Assembly (NCBI GenBank): GCA_041687695.1
Contig: JAWLBL010000003.1
Span: 183,660 to 247,659, forward strand
Length of the DNA stretch: 64,000 bases
Source of the DNA: Myxococcota bacterium
GTDB lineage: Bacteria; Myxococcota_A; UBA9042; PHBI01; JAWLBL01
Reading direction: 5' to 3'
Part shown: positions 1-9,486 of the stretch, piece after piece
Layout of the letters: each line of letters opens with the position of its first letter
Position numbering within the stretch: the stretch's first letter is position 1
Made by a program: the position numbers and the translations under genes
Notes under the pieces: model-generated
Seen by the model: only the letters and a program-made list of their open reading frames with translations
Database searches by the model: none
Told to the model about the DNA's origin: nothing

Positions 1-33
1 GAGCAGGCGCGCCTGGGCGAGCGAGAGGATCAC
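1..33 (-). CDS. 5' end of a probable second ABC-2 permease (runs off window)
   Basis: GTG at 33-31 overlaps the TGA of the ATPase (GTGA coupling); only MILSLAQARLL is visible; product inferred from cassette organisation. Confidence 0.4.
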   Translation of the reverse strand, partial: MILSLAQARLL

Positions 34-965
34 CGGCCCTCCAGGAGCAGGTTGAAGACGTGCTCGAGCGAGTCGTCGGGCGAGGTGAGCCCGGTGACGC
101 GGACGCCCAGGGCGCGGGCGGCGCGGGGCAGGGCGTCGTAGACGGCGTCGGGGGCGCTGGCGTGGATGACCAGGGTCGAGGCGTCGCGGAAGTCGAGGCC
201 GGCGACGGCGGGGTCGGCGGCGAGGGCGGCGCCGAGCTCGCGGGGGCGGTCGGCGGTGACAAATAGGCGGCGGGGGCGGGTGTCCATCAGGGCGCGGAGG
301 TCCTCGATGTTGCCCTCGGCGAGGATGCGGCCGCGGTGGATGAGCAGGATGTCGCGGGTGAGGGCCTCTATTTCGTACAGGACGTGGCTGGACATCAGGA
401 CGGCGGTGCCGGCGTCGACGCGGCGGCGGATGGCGGCCAGGATGTCGCGGCGGGAGATGGGGTCGGCGCCGGTCAGGGGCTCGTCGAGGACCAGCAGGCG
501 CGGGTCGTGGGCGACGGCCTGGGCGAGCTTGGTCTTCTGGCGCATGCCCTTGGAGTAGCGGGCGATGGGCTTGTCGGCGTGCGGGGTGAGGCCGACCTCG
601 TCGAGGGCCGCGGCGGCGCGGGCGGCGGCGTCGGCGGGCGTGAACTCGGCCAGGCGCAGGAGCCAAGCGACGAACTGGCGGCCGGTCATGTCCTCGTAGA
701 AGGCGTCGAGCTCGGGGACGACGCCCAGGTGGCGGCGGAGGGCGGGGGCGGTGAAGGGCGCGTGGCCCAGGACGGTCAGGCGGCCGGAGGTGGGGCGGAT
801 CTGGCCGGTGACCAGCTTCATGAAGGTGGACTTGCCTGCGCCGTTGGGGCCGAGGAGGCCGAGCACGCCGCCGTCCATGCGGACGGTGACCTCGTTCAAG
901 GCCATGAAGCGGCCGTACAGGCGGGTGACGCCCTGCGCGTCGATGACGGGCGGCGCGGCGGTCAT
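30..965 (-). CDS. ABC transporter ATP-binding protein
   Basis: Walker A GPNGAGKST, signature YSKGMRQK, Walker B LLVLDEP, H-loop SSH; ATG at 965 overlaps upstream stop (ATGA). Confidence 0.93.
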   Translation of the reverse strand: MTAAPPVIDAQGVTRLYGRFMALNEVTVRMDGGVLGLLGPNGAGKSTFMKLVTGQIRPTSGRLTVLGHAPFTAPALRRHLGVVPELDAFYEDMTGRQFVAWLLRLAEFTPADAAARAAAALDEVGLTPHADKPIARYSKGMRQKTKLAQAVAHDPRLLVLDEPLTGADPISRRDILAAIRRRVDAGTAVLMSSHVLYEIEALTRDILLIHRGRILAEGNIEDLRALMDTRPRRLFVTADRPRELGAALAADPAVAGLDFRDASTLVIHASAPDAVYDALPRAARALGVRVTGLTSPDDSLEHVFNLLLEGR

Positions 966-1816
966 GCTTCGCGGCGCCTCAGGCCGTCGAGGCGCGCCCA
1001 CAGGCCGATGGCGCAGGCGGCGGTGACGGCGGCCAGGATGACCAGGGCGGCCGGCTCGGCGCCGGGGGCGTCGAACAGGACGCGGCCGCTCTCGAGGAAC
1101 AGCCGCTGGATGGAGACGAGGCGGATGGCCGGGTGGTCGACCAGGGTGTTGTAGAGGGCGGCGGAGACGGCCTCGCTGAGGATGAACAGGGCGAGCCAGA
1201 GCAGGCCGACGTTGCGGCCGCGGCGGCCGAAGGCGCTCATGAGGAGGATGATGAGGCCGCCGGAGAGGGCGACCAGGCTGGAGTAGGCGAGGGCGAGCAG
1301 GGTCGAGCGGGCGGCGTCGGCGACGGGGAGCGACGGGACGAGCAGGAACTGGGCCACGGCGATGAGGACGGCGGGCAGCAGCGAGACGGCGGCCATGGCG
1401 GCGAGCAGGGCCGCGAGCTTGCCCAGCAGGTACTGGCCGGGGCCGAGGGGGCGCGCGAAGTAGAGCTGCCAGGCGCCCGAGGTGGTGTCCTTGGCGATGA
1501 GGTCGCCGCCGACCACGGCCATCATCAGGGCGACGAAGATGAGCTGGCCCCGGAAGAGATCGAGGAAGTAGTCGCCGCCCAGGGCGAGATCGAAGCCCTG
1601 CTGCGCGGCGGCCTGCTCGACGAAGATGCGGACCGACAGGAAGACCGCGGGCATCAACGCCAGCAGGGTCAGGCGGCGGACCCACTTGACGCGCCACATG
1701 GCGGCGATCTCGTAGCGGGCGATGACCGCGGCGCGCGACCGCGCCGACTCGCGCTCGCCCTCGTAGGGCTCGTAACCCTTGGCGTGCAGGGTCGCCTGGC
1801 GCGGCGGCGTCGTCAT
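962..1816 (-). CDS. ABC-2 type transporter permease
   Basis: ~6 hydrophobic segments; GDLIAKD..SGAWQLYFARPL...YLLGK ABC-2 motif; ATGA coupling at both ends. Confidence 0.88.
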   Translation of the reverse strand: MTTPPRQATLHAKGYEPYEGERESARSRAAVIARYEIAAMWRVKWVRRLTLLALMPAVFLSVRIFVEQAAAQQGFDLALGGDYFLDLFRGQLIFVALMMAVVGGDLIAKDTTSGAWQLYFARPLGPGQYLLGKLAALLAAMAAVSLLPAVLIAVAQFLLVPSLPVADAARSTLLALAYSSLVALSGGLIILLMSAFGRRGRNVGLLWLALFILSEAVSAALYNTLVDHPAIRLVSIQRLFLESGRVLFDAPGAEPAALVILAAVTAACAIGLWARLDGLRRREA

Positions 1817-2751
1817 GGCGACCCCGCGGTGGCCCCGTCGGCGCGGCGCAGCTCGATGAAGTGCACGAAGGCATCCTGCAGCGTGCGCTCGTGGCGCTTG
1901 AGGTGCCGCACGCTCGCGCCGGCGGCCTCGGCGGCCCGCCAGACCACCTCGACGTCGTCGCCCTCGGGGAGGGCCACGAGCAGCAGCCCGTCGTCGCGAA
2001 CCTGGGCGCGGCAGCCGGCCGCCTCGAGCGCGGCGGCCATGGGCTCGGGAGCGCCACGCGTGCGCACCTCGTAGCGGCGCTCGGCGTCGCTGCGGAAGGC
2101 GGCCAGCGGCCCCGTGTGCAGGACCTGTCCCTCGTCCATCAGCATGACCGTGTCGCAGACGCGCTCGACGTCGTGCAGCAGGTGGCTCGACAGGATGACG
2201 CTGATGCCGTGGCGCGGCAGATCGGCGACGATGCCCAGCATCTCCTCGCGCCCGCGCGGGTCCAGGCCGTTGGTCGGCTCGTCCAGCAGGACCAGGCGCG
2301 GGTCGTGCACCAGGGCCTGCGCCAGCTTGACCTTCTGCTTCATGCCCGTCGACAGCGTGTCCACCGGGCGGTAGCGCTCCTCGCCCATCTGCACGTAGTC
2401 CAGCAGGATGTGGGCGCGCTTTCGCGCCGGATCCTCGGGCAGCCCGCTCAGGCGCGCCCCGTAGACCACCATCTCGTGCGCGGTGAAGCCCGGGAAGAAA
2501 GCCTCGGATTCGGGCATGTAGCCTATGCGCGCCCGGATCGCGGGCCCGTCCGTCCGCACGTCCCGCCCCAGCACGCGCACCTCGCCTCGCGCGAAGTCCA
2601 GCAGCCCCAGCACCACCTTCAGCAGCGTGGACTTGCCGGCCCCGTTCGGGCCCAACAGCCCTACGGCCCCCTCCGGCACCTGCGTCGTCACCGACTTCAG
2701 GGCGTGGAAGCTCCCGTACCACTTGTCGAGGCCGGCGATGTCGAGGATCAC
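1813..2751 (-). CDS. ABC transporter ATP-binding protein
   Basis: GPNGAGKST, LSTGMKQK, LLDEPTNGLDP, SSHLL; GTG start at 2751 chosen from the domain boundary. Confidence 0.92.
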   Translation of the reverse strand: MILDIAGLDKWYGSFHALKSVTTQVPEGAVGLLGPNGAGKSTLLKVVLGLLDFARGEVRVLGRDVRTDGPAIRARIGYMPESEAFFPGFTAHEMVVYGARLSGLPEDPARKRAHILLDYVQMGEERYRPVDTLSTGMKQKVKLAQALVHDPRLVLLDEPTNGLDPRGREEMLGIVADLPRHGISVILSSHLLHDVERVCDTVMLMDEGQVLHTGPLAAFRSDAERRYEVRTRGAPEPMAAALEAAGCRAQVRDDGLLLVALPEGDDVEVVWRAAEAAGASVRHLKRHERTLQDAFVHFIELRRADGATAGSP

Positions 2752-2927
2752 CGCGCCGTCATAGGCCGAAAGCCCCCGCGCGGCAAGGCGCGGGTGAATG
2801 CCCGTGGGAATGACCCGTCCATCGCGCGGTTCCACCCCGCGTGGGAACCTCGGCGCCGCCGTGGCCGCGCGAGCGTGCTTGCGCGCCACCGCCCAACGAT
2901 GTATTCGCTGCCCCCCTCGGAGGTCCG

Positions 2928-3665
2928 ATGTCCCCCGTCATCTCCAAGCGCTGGCTCAGCCGTCCGTGGGCGCTCGCCGCGTCCCTCGCCGCTGCCGCCC
3001 TCCTCGTCGCGCTCCCCGGGCGCGCCCCGGCGCAGCCCGCCGACGCCGCCGCCGTCCCCTCGGTCGAGCAGCTGGTCGACGGCGTCCAGGCCCGCTACGA
3101 GAAGGTGACCGACTTCAAGGCCAACTTCCGCCAGGTCGTCAAGCGCAAGCACCTGCCCCGCCCGCTCAACAAGCGCGGCATGGTCTACTTCAAAAAGCCC
3201 GGCATGATGCGCTGGGACTACACGCAGCCCGAGAAGGTCTACTACGTCTCCGACGGCAGCATCCTGTGGTCCTACCAGGCCGAGGACAAGCTCGCCTACA
3301 AGATGAACGTCAAGGAGAGCGAGCTGTACGGGTCGCTCAAGTTCCTGTTCGGGCAGGGCAACCTGCGCGGCGAGTTCAACATCGCCCGCGGCAAGGCCGA
3401 GGGCGGTACGGTCGCGCTCGAGCTGACGCCCAGGGTGGCGCAGTCCAACTACAAGAAGCTCGTCCTGCTGGTGGATCCGAAGACCTTCGAGATCCGCGAG
3501 ACCGAGCTGGTCGACCCGCTCGACAACGTCAGCCGGGTCAGCTTCGAGAACATCAAGTACGAGACGCTGGACCCCAAGGGGTTCAAGTTCGAGCCGCCCA
3601 AGGGCGTGCGGGTGCAGGACCTGCAGTCGCCCGGCGGGACGGCCGGAGATCCCGCGAGCCCATGA
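2928..3665 (+). CDS. lolA: Outer-membrane lipoprotein carrier protein LolA
   Basis: Signal peptide, A.F.Q strand, G..YFKKPG.MRWDY..P and VSDG..LWSY motifs, C-terminal [14 protein letters not shown]. Confidence 0.85.
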   Translation: MSPVISKRWLSRPWALAASLAAAALLVALPGRAPAQPADAAAVPSVEQLVDGVQARYEKVTDFKANFRQVVKRKHLPRPLNKRGMVYFKKPGMMRWDYTQPEKVYYVSDGSILWSYQAEDKLAYKMNVKESELYGSLKFLFGQGNLRGEFNIARGKAEGGTVALELTPRVAQSNYKKLVLLVDPKTFEIRETELVDPLDNVSRVSFENIKYETLDPKGFKFEPPKGVRVQDLQSPGGTAGDPASP

Positions 3666-5083
3666 CGACGACCCCGCCGCCGACGACCCCCGCGCCCGAG
3701 CCACAGGCCCCCCAGAAGGTCTTCTTCGTCTCGCTCGGATGCCCGAAGAACCGGGTGGACTCCGAGATCATGCTCGGCCAGCTGGCCGAGCGGCGCTATG
3801 AGGTCGTCGGCTCGGCGGACGAGGCCGATCTCCTGGTGGTCAACACCTGCAGCTTCGTCGAGGAGGCGCGCGAGGAGTCGGTCGACACCATCTTGGACCT
3901 CGCGCGCGCCAAGGACGAGGCGGGCGGCAAGAAGACGCTGGTCGTCGCCGGGTGCCTGACGCAGCGCTACGCCAAGGACCTGAAGGTCGAGCTGCCCGAG
4001 GTCGACGTCTTCCTGGGCACGGGCGACTACCACCGCCTGGGTGAGGTGGTCGACAAGCTGCGCCCGGCGGCGGTGGCCGATGCGCTGCCGGCGGCGCCGA
4101 ACGCCGAGCCGGTGCTGGCGGTGGGCAAGCCGGGCTACAACTACCACGCCTACAGCCCGCGCGTGGTGACGACCCCCGACTGGACGGCCTACGTCAAGAT
4201 CGCCGAAGGCTGCAGCCAGGTCTGCTCCTTCTGCATCATCCCGCGGCTGCGCGGCGGGGCCAAGAGCCGCCCGATGGACGACATCGCGCTCGAGGTGCAG
4301 CGCCTCGCCGACCGGGGCGTGAAGGAGATCAACCTCATCGCCCAGGATCTGACCCACTACGGCGACGACCTGAAGGGCGGCGGGCACGACCTGACGCGGC
4401 TGCTCGAGAAGCTGGTGAAGATCGACGGGATCCACTGGATTCGCCTCTTGTACTGCTACCCGCACAACTTCACCGACGGGCTCATCGACCTCATCGCGTC
4501 TGAAAGGCGCATCGCCAGCTACGTCGACATGCCGCTGCAGCACATCTCGGACCGGATGCTCGAGATCATGCGGCGGCGCTTCAGCGAGACCGACACCCGC
4601 GCGCTGGTGCGCCGCATGCGTGAGCGCATCCCGGACCTGGTCTTCCGCACGACCTTCATCGTCGGCCACCCGGGCGAGACCGAGGACGACTTCAAGCGCC
4701 TGTACGACTTCATCGAGGAGAGCCGGTTCGAGCGCTGCGGCGTCTTCAAGTACTCGAAGGAGGACGGCACGCGCGCCGGGAAGATGCCCGAGCAGGTGAT
4801 GTCGCTGGTCAAGGAGGACCGCTACCACCGGCTGATGACGCTGCAGCAGGGCATCTCGCAGGAGATCCAGGCCGCGATGGTCGGCCGCGAGGTCGAGCTG
4901 CTCGTCGAGGGGCCCTCGAGCGAGACCGATCTTCTGCTGCAGGCGCGCACCTGGGGCCAGGCGCCCGAGATCGACGGCGTGACCTATGTCAACGAAGGCT
5001 GGGCGCCCGCCGGCAGCATCGTGCGCGCCGAGATCGTGGACTCGGGCGACTACGACCTGGTCGCTCGCATCCTGCCCGACTGA
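3662..5083 (+). CDS. rimO: Ribosomal protein S12 methylthiotransferase
   Basis: SLGCPKNRVDSE, VNTCSFVEEAREES, radical-SAM EGCSQVCSFC, DMPLQH, APEIDG TRAM end. Confidence 0.93.
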   Translation: MTTTPPPTTPAPEPQAPQKVFFVSLGCPKNRVDSEIMLGQLAERRYEVVGSADEADLLVVNTCSFVEEAREESVDTILDLARAKDEAGGKKTLVVAGCLTQRYAKDLKVELPEVDVFLGTGDYHRLGEVVDKLRPAAVADALPAAPNAEPVLAVGKPGYNYHAYSPRVVTTPDWTAYVKIAEGCSQVCSFCIIPRLRGGAKSRPMDDIALEVQRLADRGVKEINLIAQDLTHYGDDLKGGGHDLTRLLEKLVKIDGIHWIRLLYCYPHNFTDGLIDLIASERRIASYVDMPLQHISDRMLEIMRRRFSETDTRALVRRMRERIPDLVFRTTFIVGHPGETEDDFKRLYDFIEESRFERCGVFKYSKEDGTRAGKMPEQVMSLVKEDRYHRLMTLQQGISQEIQAAMVGREVELLVEGPSSETDLLLQARTWGQAPEIDGVTYVNEGWAPAGSIVRAEIVDSGDYDLVARILPD

Positions 5084-5147
5084 TTCGCGTGGCCGGCGGA
5101 CGGGGCCTCCCCCATGGGGAAGACGCTCCGCCCGCCGCGTCTAGGAC

Positions 5148-6875
5148 TCAGGCGTCGAGCGGCCGCTGCAGGACGAGCGCCTTGAACTCGTGCGGGACCA
5201 GGCCCATCAGCCGGTCGATGATGGGGCGGAAGTCCAGGTCGCCCACGCGCTCGAGGTCGAGCTTGCCGTCGGCCAGCTGCTCGAGCATCGGCCGCGTGTA
5301 GCCGATCTTCTCCAGCGACAGCCCGTGGTCGGCGAACAGGGCCTGCAGCGCCTTGAAGTAGCTGCGGGTCGTCGCGAGGCCCTCTTGATCGGTGTCGAGG
5401 CCGAGCAGATCCACGACGAAGGCGAAGTCGGTGTGGAAGCCCAGCTCGCGCGCGACCAGGCTCAGGTGCCCGAAGTGGATGGACAGCTCGGGGTGGTCGA
5501 GCTGCGTCGACAGCACCGGCCAGCGCCCCATCTCGCCGAACTCGGTCAGGACCGCCGTGCCGCCCGGCGCGACGACCGGCCACAGCCGCTCGAGCAGCTT
5601 CATGGCGCCGATGTTCAGGTAGAACGGGTCGGGCGCGTCGCCGACGGGCAGCTTGTAGCGCAGCACCAGCTCGCCCGCGTCGCCCAGCTTGCCCAGGGTC
5701 GCCGCCCACGCCTCGTCCGAGGCCTCGTCCTCGGCGTCGTGCCTGTCGAGCCCGAGCTGCTCGTGCGTCAGCCGCACCGCCGGCAGGTCGCCGATCATCT
5801 CGTTCGAGATGACCAGATCGTAGCGCTCGCCCGGCCAGTCGACGGTCATCGCGTTGCCCATGTGCACCGTCACGGGCAGCCCGGCCGTCTGCTTACGCTG
5901 CGCCTCGGCCAGCGCGGGCGTCAGCTCGACGATGTCGTAGGTCACCGTCAGGCCGCGCTTTTGCAGCGCCTCGGTCACCGCCTTGGCCACCCACCCCAGC
6001 CCGCCGCCGATCTCGAGGACGCGGATGTCCCCCGACGCCGGGATGCGCCCGCGCTGCAGCAGCGCGTCGACCAGCGCCTCGCCGTAGGTGCGCCCGCCCA
6101 GCGCCGGGTGCGGCACCCGGAACAGGTGCGACAGGGTCGTCTCCTGGTGGTCGAACTGCGCCTCGGCGTCGTGCACCTCCTCCTCGTAGTACTGCTCGGG
6201 CGAGAAGGTGTCCGGGAACGCCTGCGGCAGCGGATCCCGGTCGGGATCGTACGGCGCGTAGGGCATCGTGCTGGTGAGGTACGGCGGCTTCAGGTGCTGG
6301 CGCGTCTTGTAGTACGACAGCGGCACCTGGCTGAGCTTGACCGCCTGCACCTCGTGGTGCGCCAGGCGCTCGACGAGATCGGCCACCGCCTCGGCGCCAT
6401 GCGCTTCGGCCAGGACGGACAAGCGCGTCTCCGAGTCGAAGGCGTCCCAGATGGCGGCCTCGGCCGGCGTCAGCGTGTGACGCGCCACCTCGCGCTCGCC
6501 CCACCCGGCGTAGAACGTCAGCGACCCGTCCTCGCCGCGCTCCCACACGTTCCAGCGCGCCTTGACCGGCACCTTGTCCCACAGCCCGTCGCGCTCGTCC
6601 TGCCCCGGCGTCACCAGGCAGCCGAACTGCAGGAACACGCCGACGAACGACTCGGGCGTCTGCTCGCCGAAGGCGTTGCCGTACTCGGTGCAGACCGCCT
6701 CGGGGAGCACGGGCGTCTTGAAGGCGTTCAGGAACTCGAGGATGTCCGGGCTCATCTTCAGGATGTACCCGTACAGGTCGTGGTAGACGTAGACCTCGCC
6801 CATGTGGGCGAAGGTCGAGACGTACTTCGAACGCTTGAGATGGCGGCTGTCGTAGGCATCTACTGAGGCAGACAC
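5148..6875 (-). CDS. Class I SAM-dependent methyltransferase (MidA/NDUFAF7-like) with extended N-terminal RRE/PqqD-like modules, 575 aa
   Basis: VLEIGGGLG motif I, IVE motif II, VISNEMIGDLP (MidA-like NE..D.LP); GTG start with GGAGG RBS overlapping the upstream gene end. Confidence 0.75.
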   Translation of the reverse strand: MSASVDAYDSRHLKRSKYVSTFAHMGEVYVYHDLYGYILKMSPDILEFLNAFKTPVLPEAVCTEYGNAFGEQTPESFVGVFLQFGCLVTPGQDERDGLWDKVPVKARWNVWERGEDGSLTFYAGWGEREVARHTLTPAEAAIWDAFDSETRLSVLAEAHGAEAVADLVERLAHHEVQAVKLSQVPLSYYKTRQHLKPPYLTSTMPYAPYDPDRDPLPQAFPDTFSPEQYYEEEVHDAEAQFDHQETTLSHLFRVPHPALGGRTYGEALVDALLQRGRIPASGDIRVLEIGGGLGWVAKAVTEALQKRGLTVTYDIVELTPALAEAQRKQTAGLPVTVHMGNAMTVDWPGERYDLVISNEMIGDLPAVRLTHEQLGLDRHDAEDEASDEAWAATLGKLGDAGELVLRYKLPVGDAPDPFYLNIGAMKLLERLWPVVAPGGTAVLTEFGEMGRWPVLSTQLDHPELSIHFGHLSLVARELGFHTDFAFVVDLLGLDTDQEGLATTRSYFKALQALFADHGLSLEKIGYTRPMLEQLADGKLDLERVGDLDFRPIIDRLMGLVPHEFKALVLQRPLDA

Positions 6876-9442
6876 GTGTCCTCCGAGGGGATGCAGGCGA
6901 AGCCGTCCGCCTGTCGGCATTCGGCGTCGGTGGCGCAGCTGACGCCGCACACGTCGAGGAAGTCGGCGTCGAGCGAGCAGGCGGTGCCGGCGGGGCATGC
7001 GAGGTCGAAGAGGAGGCAGCCGGCCGTCGCGCAGTAGCCGCCGCTCTCGGGGTACAGGCAGACGTCGCTGCCCTGGCAGTCGGTGTGGAAGTCGCAGGCG
7101 GCCCCGGGCGCGCCGTCGCCCGCGATGCCGCAGTGCGGCCCGACGTCGAAGCCCTTGCACGCGTACCCGTCGCGGCAGTCGGCGTCGCCGTCGCACGGGT
7201 TGACGCAGTAGGTGTCGCGGCAGACGTGGCCGCCGGGGCACTGCGCGTCCTCCATGCAGAAGTCGCTGACGCACGTCCCGGTCGCTGCGTCGCACACCTT
7301 GTACACCGGGCACGACAGCGCCGTGCAGCCGACGGCCGTGGCGGGCTCGACCAACCACTCGAGCAGGTACGACGTCCCGGTGGCGCCGCTGACCCGCACA
7401 TAGTGTGGCCCGGCCTGCCCGGCCTGCGTCGAGAGCAGCGCGCCCGAGGCCGACGGCGCCTTGCTCGCCAGCTGCGTCGTCCCGTCGGGCGCGAAGACGG
7501 CGATCCCGGCGGTGCCGCTCGCGCCGCCCGCCAACGTCACGTCGACCAGCAGCTCGTCGCCCTTGGCCAGCGGGACCACGAACCAGTCCGCGCCGCAGCA
7601 CAGCGCGTAAGGCCCCAGCGTCCCGCCCTCGTCCGACAGCGCCTTGGCCTTGGCCGCCGAGCCGTTGCCCAGCCCGTCGTCCTGGCAGCCGCCGCCGACC
7701 GCCACCTCGAGCGAGTAGATCCCTTCGGCCTGGCCGTGCGGATAGCCGCTGACGATGATCACGTGATCGCCCGCCTCGGGGACGCTGGCCACCGTGAAGG
7801 TCTCGACCTCCTTGTCGGTCGCCGCCTGCGCCAGCGGCGTCCCCGACACCGCCCCGACCGGCCACAGGCCCATGTCCAGATCGCCCGTCCCCGCCGTGTC
7901 CAGCGTGGCCACGACCTTGGCCCCGCACGCCAGCGAGACCGCGAACACGTCCAGGTCGCCCGGGCAGATGGACATGACGTCGCTGGGCCCGGGCAGCGGG
8001 CTCGCCTCGGAGACGTCGTCGTTGGGCTCGAAATCGTCCGCCTCGCAGCTCGCCGTGGTCGTCAGCGACAGCGTCAGCGCATAGCCCATGTGAAAGGACT
8101 CCTGCCCGACGCCGGTGACGACGACGTACAGGGTCTGGGCCGCGGACGGCGTGTGCGACACCACCTCGGCGCCGGTCACCGTCTCGCTGGCCGACAGCGT
8201 CTGCTGCTCGGGGCCCAGCAGATACAGGTCCAGATCGCCCTCGGCCGGGTCGAAGGTCAGCGTGACCTGCAGCTTCTGGCCGGCCGGCGCCTCGACCGCG
8301 TACCAGTCCACGTCGATGGGCACCAGCGCCGTGTCGCACAGGCTGCGCTCGATGGTCCCCGGCGTCAGCGTCGTCGCCTGGCCGGCGTCCTCGTTGGGCT
8401 CGCCGGGGTCGTCCTGGCAGTCCGCCGTCTTCGGCGCCGCCAGGACCGAGATCTTCACGGTCGTGACCGCCTCGAAGACGCCGTCCGTCGCCGAGAACGT
8501 CACCGACCAGACCAGCCCGGCGTCGGCCGCCGCCGGCGCGTAGGTGAACACGTCGCCCGCCAGGCTGCCGCCGGGCGGGGCGCCCCCCTCGATCGCGAAG
8601 GTCAGCGCGTCGCCGTTCGGATCGGTCGCGACCAGCTTCAGCGTCAGCGTCTGCCCGATCTCGACCTTCTGCGGTCCGAGCGCCGCGAACACCGGCGGGG
8701 CCGGCCCGGTCGTGGCGCCGTCGGTGACCACGAAGCGGACCTCGAGCGTGTCGCTCAGCGCCCCGTCGGACACCGTGAAGGTCACCCGCTCGGTCGTGCC
8801 CACGGCGGCGGCGGGCGCGGTCCACGTGAAGCGGCCCTTGGCGGGGTCCAGCGCCGCCCCGGCGGGCAGCGCGCCTTCGTGGCCGAAGGTCAGGCCGTCG
8901 CCGTCGGGGTCGGTCGCCTGCAGCTGCAGCGTGAACGGTTGACCCGCGACGACCGCCTGGTCGCCCACGGGGGCCAGGACGGGCGGGTGCGCCGACTTCT
9001 CGGCCACGACCTCGATGCGCACCGTCTCACGGTCGAAGTCGGTGCCGTCGCTGACGACGAAGGTCAGGAAGACGGGCGGGCCGAGCGCCTCGGGCGTCCA
9101 CTCGAGGCGACGCTCCGGCTTGATGAAGCGGGCGCCGGCCGGGAGCTTGCCGTAGACCGAGAAGGTCAGGGCGTCGCCATCGGGATCGCTCGCCTCGGCG
9201 ACGATGACCAGCGGCTCGCCCAGGGCGACCACGCGATCGCCGATGCGCGCCAGCTCGGGCGGGCGGTTGCCGGCGATGGTGTCTCCGGGCGGGAGATCCG
9301 GCAGCTGGGGCGTGTCCGTCGCGCCGGGCGCGTCGGCGTCGCCAGGCGCAGCGCTCGGGACGTCGCAGCCAGCCGACGCCGTCATGAGGCCCGCGAGGCC
9401 CAGGGCGAGCGCGAGCGCGGCGATGGTCGGGTGACGGAGCAT
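6860..9442 (-). CDS. Large lipoprotein with Ig-like repeats, pre-peptidase C-terminal (PPC)-like modules and Cys-rich tail
   Basis: Lipobox SAG-C; three A.DP(D/N)GD.LTF..LP.GA Ig-like repeats; D.DWY / GDLD(L/M) and D..EPN.D PPC-like motifs; C-terminal CxxDxxC repeats. Confidence 0.8.
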   Translation of the reverse strand: MLRHPTIAALALALGLAGLMTASAGCDVPSAAPGDADAPGATDTPQLPDLPPGDTIAGNRPPELARIGDRVVALGEPLVIVAEASDPDGDALTFSVYGKLPAGARFIKPERRLEWTPEALGPPVFLTFVVSDGTDFDRETVRIEVVAEKSAHPPVLAPVGDQAVVAGQPFTLQLQATDPDGDGLTFGHEGALPAGAALDPAKGRFTWTAPAAAVGTTERVTFTVSDGALSDTLEVRFVVTDGATTGPAPPVFAALGPQKVEIGQTLTLKLVATDPNGDALTFAIEGGAPPGGSLAGDVFTYAPAAADAGLVWSVTFSATDGVFEAVTTVKISVLAAPKTADCQDDPGEPNEDAGQATTLTPGTIERSLCDTALVPIDVDWYAVEAPAGQKLQVTLTFDPAEGDLDLYLLGPEQQTLSASETVTGAEVVSHTPSAAQTLYVVVTGVGQESFHMGYALTLSLTTTASCEADDFEPNDDVSEASPLPGPSDVMSICPGDLDVFAVSLACGAKVVATLDTAGTGDLDMGLWPVGAVSGTPLAQAATDKEVETFTVASVPEAGDHVIIVSGYPHGQAEGIYSLEVAVGGGCQDDGLGNGSAAKAKALSDEGGTLGPYALCCGADWFVVPLAKGDELLVDVTLAGGASGTAGIAVFAPDGTTQLASKAPSASGALLSTQAGQAGPHYVRVSGATGTSYLLEWLVEPATAVGCTALSCPVYKVCDAATGTCVSDFCMEDAQCPGGHVCRDTYCVNPCDGDADCRDGYACKGFDVGPHCGIAGDGAPGAACDFHTDCQGSDVCLYPESGGYCATAGCLLFDLACPAGTACSLDADFLDVCGVSCATDAECRQADGFACIPSEDTCLPQ

Positions 9443-9486
9443 GCGTCCTTATAGGAGCAAACCCCGAGGCGCGACAAGCCGGGCCG

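Noticed and set aside
5148..8825. 1225-aa ORF
   Set aside because: The N-terminal 650 aa overlaps the lipoprotein gene in another frame; the true start is the GTG at 6875 with a GGAGG RBS
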